A stretch of 64,000 bases of DNA from Candidatus Kuenenia stuttgartensis. GTDB lineage: Bacteria > Planctomycetota > JAKEIC01 > DYIT01. A program made the position numbers and the translations under genes. The number at the start of each line of letters is the position of its first letter. Position 1 is the stretch's first letter. The stretch spans positions 74,870-138,869 of the forward strand of contig DYIT01000001.1 in assembly GCA_020723505.1 (NCBI GenBank). The letters run 5' to 3'. The notes beneath the pieces are model-generated. The model was not told where the DNA came from and did no database searches. It saw only the letters and a list, made by a program, of their open reading frames with translations. Shown piece by piece: positions 51,901-60,221 of the stretch.

Positions 51901-52448
51901 TGCTCATCCTCCTCAACAACGACATCGAAGTCGTTTCGCCGGGCTGGATTGAAGCCATGCTCGAGCACGGCCAGAGACCCGAGGTCGGCGCCGTGGGCGC
52001 GAAGCTCCTGTACCCCGACGGGTCCATCCAGCATGCGGGAGTCGTCACCGGGCTCGGCGGCGTCGCGGGCCATTCGCATAAATACTACCCGAAATACTCC
52101 CGCGGCTATTGCGGGCACATCGACCTCGTCAGGAACTACTCGGCCGTCACCGCGGCCTGCATGATGGTCAGGAAATCCGTGTACCGGAAGCTCGGCGGCA
52201 TGGACGCGAAAGCTCTTCCAAGGGCTTTCAACGACGTGGACTTCTGCCTCAGAATCCGCAAGGAGGGGTATCTGATTGTCTACACGCCCTATGCGGTCCT
52301 CTATCACCTGGAGTCGGTTTCCCGCGGATTCATGATTGAAGGGTTCGAGATAGACGCCATCAAGAAGAAATGGGGGGACAGCCTCCTCCACGACCCCTAC
52401 TACAACCCGAACCTCACCCTTGACAGGGAAGACTTTAGCCTGAGGTGA
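48924..52448 (+). CDS. Multidomain PIG-L deacetylase-GT2-coiled coil-GT2-GT2 protein
   Basis: APHPDDETLG; YLDDDD/GGFDE/EDWD; WELCIADDGS, DQDD, YTDEDK, GAQDYD; LLNND, VGAKLLYPDG, SAVTAAC, NDVDFCL, DPYYNPNL. Confidence 0.9.
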   Translation: MQKDPRTGFIFLESPPAGPALVVAPHPDDETLGVGGIIAMHRARGDRVDVLLLTNGSSGDPGRGDTRLKEFQRAVSVLGVSGWEHVGLPDGGLESAADLDSVISSRIETLKPAVLYCPSPFDQHADNATTGKACSVAARLFAEPPVLAFYEVGSPILATHIVDVTSVEKTKVLAMGSYESRSAVFDCIAAIRGRDSFRSFGTPPGCRFAEALCLEKISSPPRPPEHEDSISAIEQPGLTATDVSRLSVIVRSYKRPFLLAEALLSIASQDAGGMEVVLVNAGCDDLGPVIRRFDGVLNVKVVDPGRELSRPAALNAGIRASSREFITYLDDDDIHMPGHARRIVSALVAEPGEIVYTGALVSEAGSSSACRKMALPWNPSLLLFGNYIPLICLGHAKSVWMDAGGFDETLSRFEDWDFLLRLSRKHTFRLLPHVTAEYRLRPESRNEGAEDFEKVFQRHRAEITPADCRAAMDIMNLEIRRLGEVNERISRRTSRLEEEAAALEKTLNRQSADLRCPDEIKKTALALSREIYVKRAENMRMQKRMESALRKASSSSMSVVSHSSAGAAGPRKDLLALRMSSTSGWRRTLLAGIWVLLHQGPGIFGRKLVKYVLGRREPSPGLDGYHWWFMENYAKAYDPDRAVSDAAALESAPILSLIMPVYKPDMRLLREAVDSVLAQSYPKWELCIADDGSGIPELSAYLEGQADRDPRIRVTALPRNMGIAQATNAAFGLASGGFAGFMDQDDLLPPWALLDVARMIGRNPGADICYTDEDKVDSKGIHSEPYLKPDWSPDLLLSHNYMCHLIFYRHSLLKSVGGLRPGFDGAQDYDLVLRMTEKSDRIVHVPRICYHWRKTSGSTAVRYSNKPDAENATLKALSETMDRRGVRAEVSKGIFAGSFRVRRILENKPLVSVLIPSRDSPDLIRHCTQSIWSKTSYDNYEILVADNGSSDQDTLDYLAEMSQAGRIRVMHCPGLFNFPELNNRAAEQARGEVLILLNNDIEVVSPGWIEAMLEHGQRPEVGAVGAKLLYPDGSIQHAGVVTGLGGVAGHSHKYYPKYSRGYCGHIDLVRNYSAVTAACMMVRKSVYRKLGGMDAKALPRAFNDVDFCLRIRKEGYLIVYTPYAVLYHLESVSRGFMIEGFEIDAIKKKWGDSLLHDPYYNPNLTLDREDFSLR

Positions 52449-52452
52449 CGCG

Positions 52453-53400
52453 ATGGCTGGATACTCTCTGGAAGAAGAAGCCACCGAAAACAACTTCGAC
52501 GAGAAATGCTATCTTGACGCCAATCCTGATGTCGCTGCGGCGGTCCTTGACGGGAGGCTGTCATCCGCGAAGCAGCATTTCGACCGGTTTGGCATTAGCG
52601 AAAAACGCAGGATTCGGATTCCAGGGCGCATTTCAGAGGCCAAAAAGACGAAAATGGCCAGAATCCGCTCCCTGCTCAGGGCAGACCTCCCTCACTTGAA
52701 AAATGACGACTGCTTCGATTTTCTTCCCGACGACCAGCGAGATCGTTCCATACCGGGCCCTGCCCATATCCCTTCGTCGCATCACTACGATGACCGCATT
52801 ATAAATCTTATAGGGAAATACGGAGAAGGCTTGGTTCTGGACTGCGGCGCGGGCAGACGCCCCGTGTATTTCGACAACGTAGTCAACCTGGACATGTTCC
52901 GCTACGATACGACCGACGTCGTCGGGCTTGCGGAGGTCCTTCCATTCAAAGACAGTTCATTCGAAGCTGTCATCTCCTATTGTCTGCTCGAACATGTGAA
53001 GAATCCGTTCGTCTGCGCAGACGAAATCGCGCGAGTTCTGAAGCCCGGGGGCGAACTGCAGTGCAGCGTCCCGTTCCTTCAGCCGGTCCATGATTTCCCC
53101 GCCCATTACTATAACATGACGGCGCAGGGCCTAGCGAACCTCTTCGAGCGGTCGCTGGTCATAGACGGCATCGAGGTTGTGGAATCCGGACTGCCAATCT
53201 GGACCCTTACCTGGTTCCTTCGGAGCTGGTCCAAGGGTCTTGAGGGTGCTGCGAAGGAGAAGTTCCTGTGCATGAAGGTGTCAGATCTAATCGGGGACCC
53301 GATAGGATATCTCGACAGCGAGTTCGTCAGGGGACTTTCTCGCGAGAAGAACTTCGAACTTGCCGCAGGATGCGTCCTGCACGCCCGAAAGCCTGGTTGA
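52453..53400 (+). CDS. Class I SAM methyltransferase (type 11) with N-terminal YLxxNPDV repeat module
   Basis: FDEKCYLDANPDVAAA..HF..FG..E.R; VLDCGAG, LPFKDSSF, LEHV, RVLKPGG, VPFLQPVH. Confidence 0.88.
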   Translation: MAGYSLEEEATENNFDEKCYLDANPDVAAAVLDGRLSSAKQHFDRFGISEKRRIRIPGRISEAKKTKMARIRSLLRADLPHLKNDDCFDFLPDDQRDRSIPGPAHIPSSHHYDDRIINLIGKYGEGLVLDCGAGRRPVYFDNVVNLDMFRYDTTDVVGLAEVLPFKDSSFEAVISYCLLEHVKNPFVCADEIARVLKPGGELQCSVPFLQPVHDFPAHYYNMTAQGLANLFERSLVIDGIEVVESGLPIWTLTWFLRSWSKGLEGAAKEKFLCMKVSDLIGDPIGYLDSEFVRGLSREKNFELAAGCVLHARKPG

Positions 53401-53419
53401 GACCGTCCAATCCGGGCTC

Positions 53420-54583
53420 TCACCTCTTCCGCATCACCACCAAATCCTGGTTGTTGCCGATGTATCCGGGAATAATCCTCAATATGTCGAAGTACGCCGA
53501 CCATCTTTTCCTGACGTAATCGGTCCCGTGGAAGGTGGAGCGGTAATAGCCGCTCTCGCCGATTACCCCGTCGAGCGCATTGTCGGAGCCAAGGTCCAGG
53601 AAGCCGCCCGAATCATCCAGAAGCCGGAGCGCGTCCGCAACCGGGGTGCGGCAGGCGGCGAAAGGCCCGTTGATGCTGACCAGAACCGCCGCGCCGGGCG
53701 CGGCGATGCGGGCGAGCTCGGCAAGCCATTCGAACTGCTCGCGCTCCTTGAGATGAGTGAATATGGAAATCCCGGCTATCAGGTCGAAGCTCCCTGCGCC
53801 GAGTCGCGTTGGAGGATGGAGGGGAATCGCATCGAACTCGCCGAATCTCAGATGGCTCCGGCACCACCTTATGCTCTCCGCGTCTATGTCCACCCCGGTA
53901 ATCGCCGGACCCCTTGTCCTGCTGAAATACCTCGTCACCCGGCCGCAGCCGCAACCCCAGTCGAGGATCCTCCTGAAATCGCCCAGACCCGCCTGGAACG
54001 CGTCTTGAACAGCCTGCCCCAGCTTCACGAAGGATGAGTATCCCTCGAGGCGGAAAGAGATCTCAAAATCGCTCCCATGCACCCTCTTCCTGTTGCCCGG
54101 CGGCGGGAGGGGGAACTCCTCGCGGGTCGGGAAATAATAATCGTGATCATCCCTGAATGGCCTGCTGGTTTTAAGATTGGTGTACGATATCCTAATAAAT
54201 CCGTCCGGGGGACACGTCCTCTCCGGGAACCTGCTCCTGCAGACGAATCCGAATCCCTGCCTCATGCCCGGAAGGTAGTTGAATATGGCGTCGATGTCCG
54301 GCCGAGGCGTCGGCCAGGCGACTTCCTCGAAATCGCGCCCGTTGAAGGCGAAGCCTGCGCCCGCGTGCCCCGCGGGCGGAGGAATGGCCCATCCCGAAAC
54401 CTCGATGCGCCCCGGCGACAGCTCAATCCGGTCCATGCACCAGAAAGCCTCGCCGGCGGCTTCATGCAGCATTTCCTCGTTCATCGTTCCATCCATTGCC
54501 ATCCTTCTTACAGTGCCTGCCCAAGCCCCCCGGGTCGAAGTCCGGAAATCATCACCCCGGGGCATGGCCCATTCCTCCCCCAC
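53420..54583 (-). CDS. Class I SAM methyltransferase with N-terminal Ig-like domain (start may be about 54500)
   Basis: SGWA..RPDI..GF domain; ILDWGCGCGR, GVDID, SIFTHL, QDLVV. Confidence 0.88.
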   Translation of the reverse strand: MGEEWAMPRGDDFRTSTRGAWAGTVRRMAMDGTMNEEMLHEAAGEAFWCMDRIELSPGRIEVSGWAIPPPAGHAGAGFAFNGRDFEEVAWPTPRPDIDAIFNYLPGMRQGFGFVCRSRFPERTCPPDGFIRISYTNLKTSRPFRDDHDYYFPTREEFPLPPPGNRKRVHGSDFEISFRLEGYSSFVKLGQAVQDAFQAGLGDFRRILDWGCGCGRVTRYFSRTRGPAITGVDIDAESIRWCRSHLRFGEFDAIPLHPPTRLGAGSFDLIAGISIFTHLKEREQFEWLAELARIAAPGAAVLVSINGPFAACRTPVADALRLLDDSGGFLDLGSDNALDGVIGESGYYRSTFHGTDYVRKRWSAYFDILRIIPGYIGNNQDLVVMRKR

Positions 54584-54647
54584 CCTATACGTCCCCGCCG
54601 CGGAGCGGAAAACAGCTTTGACCCTCGCATAACCACCCGGGTCAAAG

Positions 54648-55493
54648 CTAGTAGTCCCACTTCGACGCCTTGCGGTAGATGAGTATCGACAGCGCCCAGA
54701 GCGCCATCGCCAGAAGACAGAACGCCCCGCTCATGCCAATCCAGCTGAATCCGCTGTAGGCCCCGATTGCCACCCTCGCCACGATCGCCACAGCGACGCC
54801 CAATATGAGTATCGCGTAGACCGATACGAGGAAGTTCACGATTCCCGCGAGCCCGACGGGACGGAAGATGAGCGACCACATCACGCCGGAAGCGGTCGTG
54901 AACAGCGTCGCGGACGCGAACAGGGCGTAGTGCTTCGGTATCTCCAGCGGACCCACGCCGCCCAGCCGCGAGCCGAGCATGAAGAAGGGCAGCATGGCGA
55001 GGACCGGCATGAAAGCCCTCAGGAACGCCGAGATTGTCTTGCCTCCGACCACTTCCGACGGAGTGAGCGCGGTCGAGGCCAGCAGGTCCATCGTCCCTTC
55101 CCTCTTCTCCCTCGAGAAGGACCCGCACGATATCCACGGCGCCGCGAGCAGGATGTACGCCGTCGCCACGACCGTGAGCGCGAAGAATACGCCGGTTCCA
55201 GCCGCGCTCCCTCCGGACTCGAGCTCGACGAACCGCGCCTTCATCCCGTAGACCGCCGCGAAAATCAGCCCGGCCGCCAGGACGAGCACGGAACTGGCCA
55301 GGTAAGGGAGGGGCGATCTGGCGAGATGCGTCTTGAGCTCGAGCCTAAGCACCGGGCTCGCCACCGACGCCATGCAGACGCGGAATGGGAACAGGACCAG
55401 TCCGGCCGCCGCCGGGACCGGACCCGCGGCGCCTCTGACCGACCCGGCGGCAGGCGCTCCCCGAATCCCGTTTCCGTTCGCCTCGGTATTCAT
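54648..55493 (-). CDS. ABC-2 type transporter permease
   Basis: SREKREGTMDLLASTALTPSEVVGGK motif, multiple TM helices. Confidence 0.85.
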   Translation of the reverse strand: MNTEANGNGIRGAPAAGSVRGAAGPVPAAAGLVLFPFRVCMASVASPVLRLELKTHLARSPLPYLASSVLVLAAGLIFAAVYGMKARFVELESGGSAAGTGVFFALTVVATAYILLAAPWISCGSFSREKREGTMDLLASTALTPSEVVGGKTISAFLRAFMPVLAMLPFFMLGSRLGGVGPLEIPKHYALFASATLFTTASGVMWSLIFRPVGLAGIVNFLVSVYAILILGVAVAIVARVAIGAYSGFSWIGMSGAFCLLAMALWALSILIYRKASKWDY

Positions 55494-56563
55494 TCCATCC
55501 CCTTTCCGGATTGTTGCGGCCCGGTCACGGGTGAATCACCCGGAGGGAGGCCCGCCGCCTCCGCGCCTGCGTCCGGCGCGGGCGCGTCTCCTCCGGCCGG
55601 AGGAAACGCGGATTCCGGATTCCGAGACGCGTGCGCCTCCGCGCCCGAAGGGGATGCCGCCGGTCCGGCCTCCGCCTGGCCAGCCTCGGCGCCAGCAGGC
55701 GCGGCTTCAGGCCTGCCGGGATCGCGCCAGACTCCCTTCACCGCGAAAGCGGCGTCGGCCTTGTGGAGCCTCTGGGACGCGGTCTCCGCCGCTGCCGCGG
55801 GCGGCTCGAAGACGCCGCCCTCCGCCGGGTTGAGAATCTCCGGCGCCGGAGGCCTCGGCCCTTCGCGCTGATCAGGCGCAGGGGGCCATCCCCGCTCCTT
55901 TATCCTCGCAAGCACCTCTCCGCACTCCCCGAATTCCGCGAACCTGCCCTTGTGAAGCACGGCCGCCTCGTCCGCGATGCCGTCGAGGGCCGTAGGGTCG
56001 AGGCAGGTGAATAGAATCGCCTTCCCCATGGACCTGAGCTCGCCGACTATGGCCCCGAACTGGTCCGGACCTTCGATTCCGAACGCGGCCATGGGCTCGT
56101 CCAGAATAAGGAGCGCGGGATTGTGCATGAGAATCCTGCCGAACGCGAGCCTGAGAAGCTCGTACTCGCCCAAATCGGAGGTCATCCTGTCGCGCGAGTC
56201 CCACAGATCGACGAGCTTCAGCACCCCCTCCGTCACGCCGGGCCTGCTTCGGCGCGGCACCCGGAACGCGGCGCCGAAGAACTCCATGAATTCCATCACC
56301 GTCGTGCGCTTGACTGCCCCGAAACGCCTGGGCATGTACCCGATTTTCAGCCTCGTTCCCGGCTCGGATACCGGCATGGAGTCGACCAGCACCCTGCCGG
56401 ACGTAATCGGCGACAGGCCTGCCAGAACGCGCAGAAGCGTCGTCTTCGAAATCGGATGCGTCCCGGCAACGCCGAGAATCCTCCCGGGAGAGAGGGTGAA
56501 GCCTATCCCGTCCAGGAGCCTCACCGATCCCAAATCCTTCCTCAGTCCGGTTACTTCGAGCAC
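55490..56563 (-). CDS. ABC transporter ATP-binding protein with degenerate Walker A and signature motifs
   Basis: MLEVTGLRK, GTHPISKTT, IGYMP, LILDEP; low-complexity C-terminal tail. Confidence 0.8.
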   Translation of the reverse strand: MLEVTGLRKDLGSVRLLDGIGFTLSPGRILGVAGTHPISKTTLLRVLAGLSPITSGRVLVDSMPVSEPGTRLKIGYMPRRFGAVKRTTVMEFMEFFGAAFRVPRRSRPGVTEGVLKLVDLWDSRDRMTSDLGEYELLRLAFGRILMHNPALLILDEPMAAFGIEGPDQFGAIVGELRSMGKAILFTCLDPTALDGIADEAAVLHKGRFAEFGECGEVLARIKERGWPPAPDQREGPRPPAPEILNPAEGGVFEPPAAAAETASQRLHKADAAFAVKGVWRDPGRPEAAPAGAEAGQAEAGPAASPSGAEAHASRNPESAFPPAGGDAPAPDAGAEAAGLPPGDSPVTGPQQSGKGME

Positions 56564-56567
56564 CGCG

Positions 56568-59024
56568 TCATCTCCCAGTCCCGGCCCGAACCGCCGTGAA
56601 ATCGACCTTCAATGGTCTCACGAGATCCCCGGGTTCCATCCCTTCGAACAGGAATCGGACCTCGCCGGTCTCCGTGTCCATGACCCCGTCCGGCAGCCGG
56701 CTGCGGCCCCCGGGGGAATGCAGGATCCATTCGTCCCGCGAAAAGTCGAAAATGCTCGTCGAAATCCTCTGCCCGCCTCTCGAGTCGATTCCCTGTTCCA
56801 CGGGGTCAATCCTGTCGAAAAGAGCCGGGTTCAGCGGGAAGAACACGGACTGTATCACACCGCAGGGCTTGAGTATCCTCGCGCCGCCCGGCTCGATTTC
56901 GAACTCCCCGGCGCCGTCGCCGCCCTTCGCCGACTTGAAGCTCGTCTCGGTCATGACGCCCGGGAAAAGGACCGCCTCGGAGACGAACACGGCCCGCGCA
57001 GAGCAAAGAAGAAGCGACCAGGATCCTGCCGTCTCGGGCTCCGGACTGAGCCCTCCGCCAATCCCGCGCCTCCCGATCCTCCCCGCCAGCAGGACCGCGG
57101 CCGATAGGCCCCCGCCCTGCCCGTCGAGCGAAAAGCCGGTTCCCGAGAACCGCGAGAATTCGGCTATCCTGTCGTTCCACGGCTTGTAGACGCCGAGCTT
57201 GGAATCCGCGAAACTGTAATCCTCCGCGCCGGGCTTGCCCTTGAGCAGCGCCCCGGCGAAGAAATCGGGCGGGCCCGCCCTGAACGGCTTCCTGAGACTC
57301 GCGCGGACCGTCTTCCTGGACAGCGCGGGAAGATCGCCTATGGGCCCGAAGAAGTCGCCGTAGACCACGCATGCCCCGGAAATGCCGTCGCCGGTCCTGT
57401 TCTCCACCACGCCCCGCGCGACCAGGCCGTTCTCGTCATAGGAAAGCTCGAGGTCCGCATCGAGGATTCCGCCCTCTTCGAACACCGGCCTCCAGAGCTG
57501 GAGCGGTATCCCGGCATCCAGACGGGTCCTCATGCCTGCGCCCGCGCCGGTCCCGCCGTCAGCGGCGCGGATTTCCCCTTTCCCCCTCTCCTCCCGATCC
57601 CCGAAACCGATGAGCCTCAATCCCTCCCCGGACCCGCCGATGTCGATTTCCACCGACCGGGAAGACCCTATGCACAGCCGCTCGCAGCCGGTCGCGCAGG
57701 ACCCGCCCGATTCGGTGATGATGATTGATGCGCTCGTCGCGAATACCCCTGCAGGCAGGATTAACGCGTCCAGCATCGCGGCAAGCCCAGGGCCGGCGCA
57801 CAGGACGGCGACCGGAAGCCACAGGTTCGCGTGCCTTCCCCGCCTCAAGACCGCCGGCACCACGCACGCCGCGAGCACTACCGAGCAGCATACCGCGAAG
57901 ACGAGTACGCCCGCGGGCGTCTTCCGGACGTCGCCCTCGACCACGGCGTCCATGACCATCGCGGCAGCCTTGCGGCGCATCGCCGCGCCGGGACTGTCGA
58001 GGCAAAGGTCCACGAACCGCCTCTTGCCTCTCCATTCGGCGAACATCGGGAGCGAGAGATCAGCGGCGCAGAAGAAGACCGCACCCATGCCGATGCTCCT
58101 CCTGACCAGGAACGGCATGCCGGAAGCCTCCTGAACCACCCTCAATCCGCCGTCCCCGCCGCCCGCGTCGATTCTCGCGAGGAATGCCCTGCCCGAAGGC
58201 ATGTCCAGCGGCCCCTTCCCCCCGGCCGAAAGGTCGGCGACGCTGTCGGCCGGTCCGGCGTTCCTCCCCAGCAGCTCGCGGAACACCTGCGACGACAGCT
58301 TCCCCAGCCCGCCCGCGGGATGCACAAGCCCCGTCCCGCCCCGGCGAATCCAGTCGAGGATGGCCGCCCTCTTCTCCTTCCTGAGCGAGTCCGCCTTGAA
58401 ATCCCCGAACATGATTGCGTCCACGCACTCGTATCCCTCGGCCGAATCGGGCAGGAGGCTCCCGTCGCTTTCGAACAGCCGGAACGTCCCGGCGAACGGC
58501 CGGTGTCCCGCGAGGAAAGTCCTGCTGCCGCCCTCCTCGTCCACGACGAGGACGACCATGTCCTCCCCGGACGCCCATCTGGATTCGAACTGCCGCGTGT
58601 ACACCGGATCCGCGGCCCCTTCCGGGGTCACGTCGATCCTCACCCTGTGCGCCCAAGCGGGGAACGCCGGATACAGGCAGGTCACTTTCCTGGAAGCGCA
58701 GGCGAGGTCGAGCGGCCGCCTGAACAGCGGGACGAAGACGTAATCCAAATCGCAGGCCAGTATTTCCGCGGTTCCCTTGAAATCGGTCTTCCCGCGGTTC
58801 TCCATCATGAGGAATATCGCCGCGCAGGACCCCCTGCGCAGCAGCATCTGCACGGCCCCGCCGGTTTCCGTGCCGCATAGCACGCGCGTCTCGAAAACGA
58901 TTTCGTCTGCCGCCTTGCCGGACGCGGCGCATTCGGCCGCGATGAAAGCGGAAAGCAGGCAGACCGCGCAAATCGCCGGAAAAACTGCGTCGGTATTCCG
59001 GGGCCGGCATTTCATTGATTGCAT
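56568..59024 (-). CDS. Large membrane/exported protein associated with the ABC-2 system
   Basis: Signal-like N-terminus, LPD..EGYE.VD, AILDWIRRGG (glutamine amidotransferase-like fold), central TM pair; operonic with the ATPase and permease. Confidence 0.7.
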   Translation of the reverse strand: MQSMKCRPRNTDAVFPAICAVCLLSAFIAAECAASGKAADEIVFETRVLCGTETGGAVQMLLRRGSCAAIFLMMENRGKTDFKGTAEILACDLDYVFVPLFRRPLDLACASRKVTCLYPAFPAWAHRVRIDVTPEGAADPVYTRQFESRWASGEDMVVLVVDEEGGSRTFLAGHRPFAGTFRLFESDGSLLPDSAEGYECVDAIMFGDFKADSLRKEKRAAILDWIRRGGTGLVHPAGGLGKLSSQVFRELLGRNAGPADSVADLSAGGKGPLDMPSGRAFLARIDAGGGDGGLRVVQEASGMPFLVRRSIGMGAVFFCAADLSLPMFAEWRGKRRFVDLCLDSPGAAMRRKAAAMVMDAVVEGDVRKTPAGVLVFAVCCSVVLAACVVPAVLRRGRHANLWLPVAVLCAGPGLAAMLDALILPAGVFATSASIIITESGGSCATGCERLCIGSSRSVEIDIGGSGEGLRLIGFGDREERGKGEIRAADGGTGAGAGMRTRLDAGIPLQLWRPVFEEGGILDADLELSYDENGLVARGVVENRTGDGISGACVVYGDFFGPIGDLPALSRKTVRASLRKPFRAGPPDFFAGALLKGKPGAEDYSFADSKLGVYKPWNDRIAEFSRFSGTGFSLDGQGGGLSAAVLLAGRIGRRGIGGGLSPEPETAGSWSLLLCSARAVFVSEAVLFPGVMTETSFKSAKGGDGAGEFEIEPGGARILKPCGVIQSVFFPLNPALFDRIDPVEQGIDSRGGQRISTSIFDFSRDEWILHSPGGRSRLPDGVMDTETGEVRFLFEGMEPGDLVRPLKVDFTAVRAGTGR

Positions 59025-59235
59025 CCTTGTTTCGCCCGTAAATAGCTCTGAAGACGGGCGAATCATATCAAATTGAAGCATGGCGATTAAATGCATCCTC
59101 GTAACCATTTGGGTCTTGGTCCCTTACACGCTTCTTGAAAAGGTCGATTCCGCCGGTAGCTTAATCCGGGTTTTTGCGGCGGAATCAAATAAGACTTGCC
59201 CGGAAGGCGCATAACTGCAAGAATTCAAGCCCGGC

Positions 59236-59697
59236 ATGGGAGACGGAAACCAAAAGACCGGAACAATACCATCGAGGCGCGACCCCGCGGTCGCGGCGGC
59301 GCTCGCATGGGCGGTGCCGGGAGCGGGACACTTCTACGCCGGCAAGCGCGGGAAGGCCGCGCTCTTCTTCGCTCTCATCTCCGGGACCTTCTTTTTCGGC
59401 CTCCTGATTTCGGGTTTCAAGTGCGTGTCGTACACGCAGCAGCCCTACTGGTTCATCGGACAGGTTTTCGCCGGGATTGCGAGCCTGGCAACGGCTTTCA
59501 TCGACCCTGCCCGCGACAGCCTCGAAATTTCCGAGGAACTCGACGTCGGCACGCTCTTTACGACAGTTGCGGGCCTTCTCAACCTTCTGGTCGTATTGAA
59601 CGCGATAGCCGAAGCCAGGAAGCCAGCCCAGCCCGCCGAGCCTGCCGGGACCGGCGCAGGACGCGGCCAGAAATCCGGAAAGGCGGACGGGAAATGA
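59236..59697 (+). CDS. Small membrane protein (DUF6677-like)
   Basis: LAWAVPGAGHFYAG.RGKA, GTLFTTVAGLLNLL. Confidence 0.75.
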   Translation: MGDGNQKTGTIPSRRDPAVAAALAWAVPGAGHFYAGKRGKAALFFALISGTFFFGLLISGFKCVSYTQQPYWFIGQVFAGIASLATAFIDPARDSLEISEELDVGTLFTTVAGLLNLLVVLNAIAEARKPAQPAEPAGTGAGRGQKSGKADGK

Positions 59698-60002
59698 CCG
59701 GACTCCTGTATTTCCTGCCGATTTCGCTCGTAATCGCCCTCGTGCTGAGCGCATTGAAGAAGGACAGCCCCAGGGATATCCTGCTTCATGGCCTCAAGGT
59801 CTTCCTGCTCCTCGCTGCCGGAACAGCCGCCTTTTCCGCCCTGCTCTTCGTATGCGCGAGGACCCAAGCCATGCTTTTCGGGTTCATGGGCGTGATTCTC
59901 GCCACGCTGGGGTTCTTCACGCTGAAGGGGGCGGCGGAATGGGTCGCATCCCTCGTCAGGGGCGAGAAACCGCCCGAAGAGAAGCAGCAGGAAGAAGACT
60001 GA
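59694..60002 (+). CDS. Small hypothetical membrane protein
   Basis: ATGA overlap with the upstream stop; three hydrophobic helices. Confidence 0.65.
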   Translation: MTGLLYFLPISLVIALVLSALKKDSPRDILLHGLKVFLLLAAGTAAFSALLFVCARTQAMLFGFMGVILATLGFFTLKGAAEWVASLVRGEKPPEEKQQEED

Positions 60003-60120
60003 CTGTGGGAGCCGCCGGAGAACACTTGCACAAGTCAGTAAGAAGTCTGTGGGAGCCGCCGGAGAACACTTGCACAAGTCAGTAAAAAGTCTGTGGGAGC
60101 CGCCGGAGAACACTTGCACA
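60003..60120 (+). repeat. 44-bp tandem repeat (about 2.7 copies)
   Basis: ctgtgggagccgccggagaacacttgcaca at 60003, 60047, 60091, joined by agtcagtaa(g/a)aagt. Confidence 0.92.
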
Positions 60121-60221
60121 GCAAGGCGGCGATTACCATGACCCATCCCGGCAAATTCCGACCGTCGGCTTTCTCTTTTGATTGTTTTCCATGCCGCGTT
60201 CTTGATATCGTATTTTTCGCC

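Noticed and set aside
60003-60120. CRISPR array
   Set aside because: The 'spacers' are only 14 nt and almost identical; no cas genes or leader.
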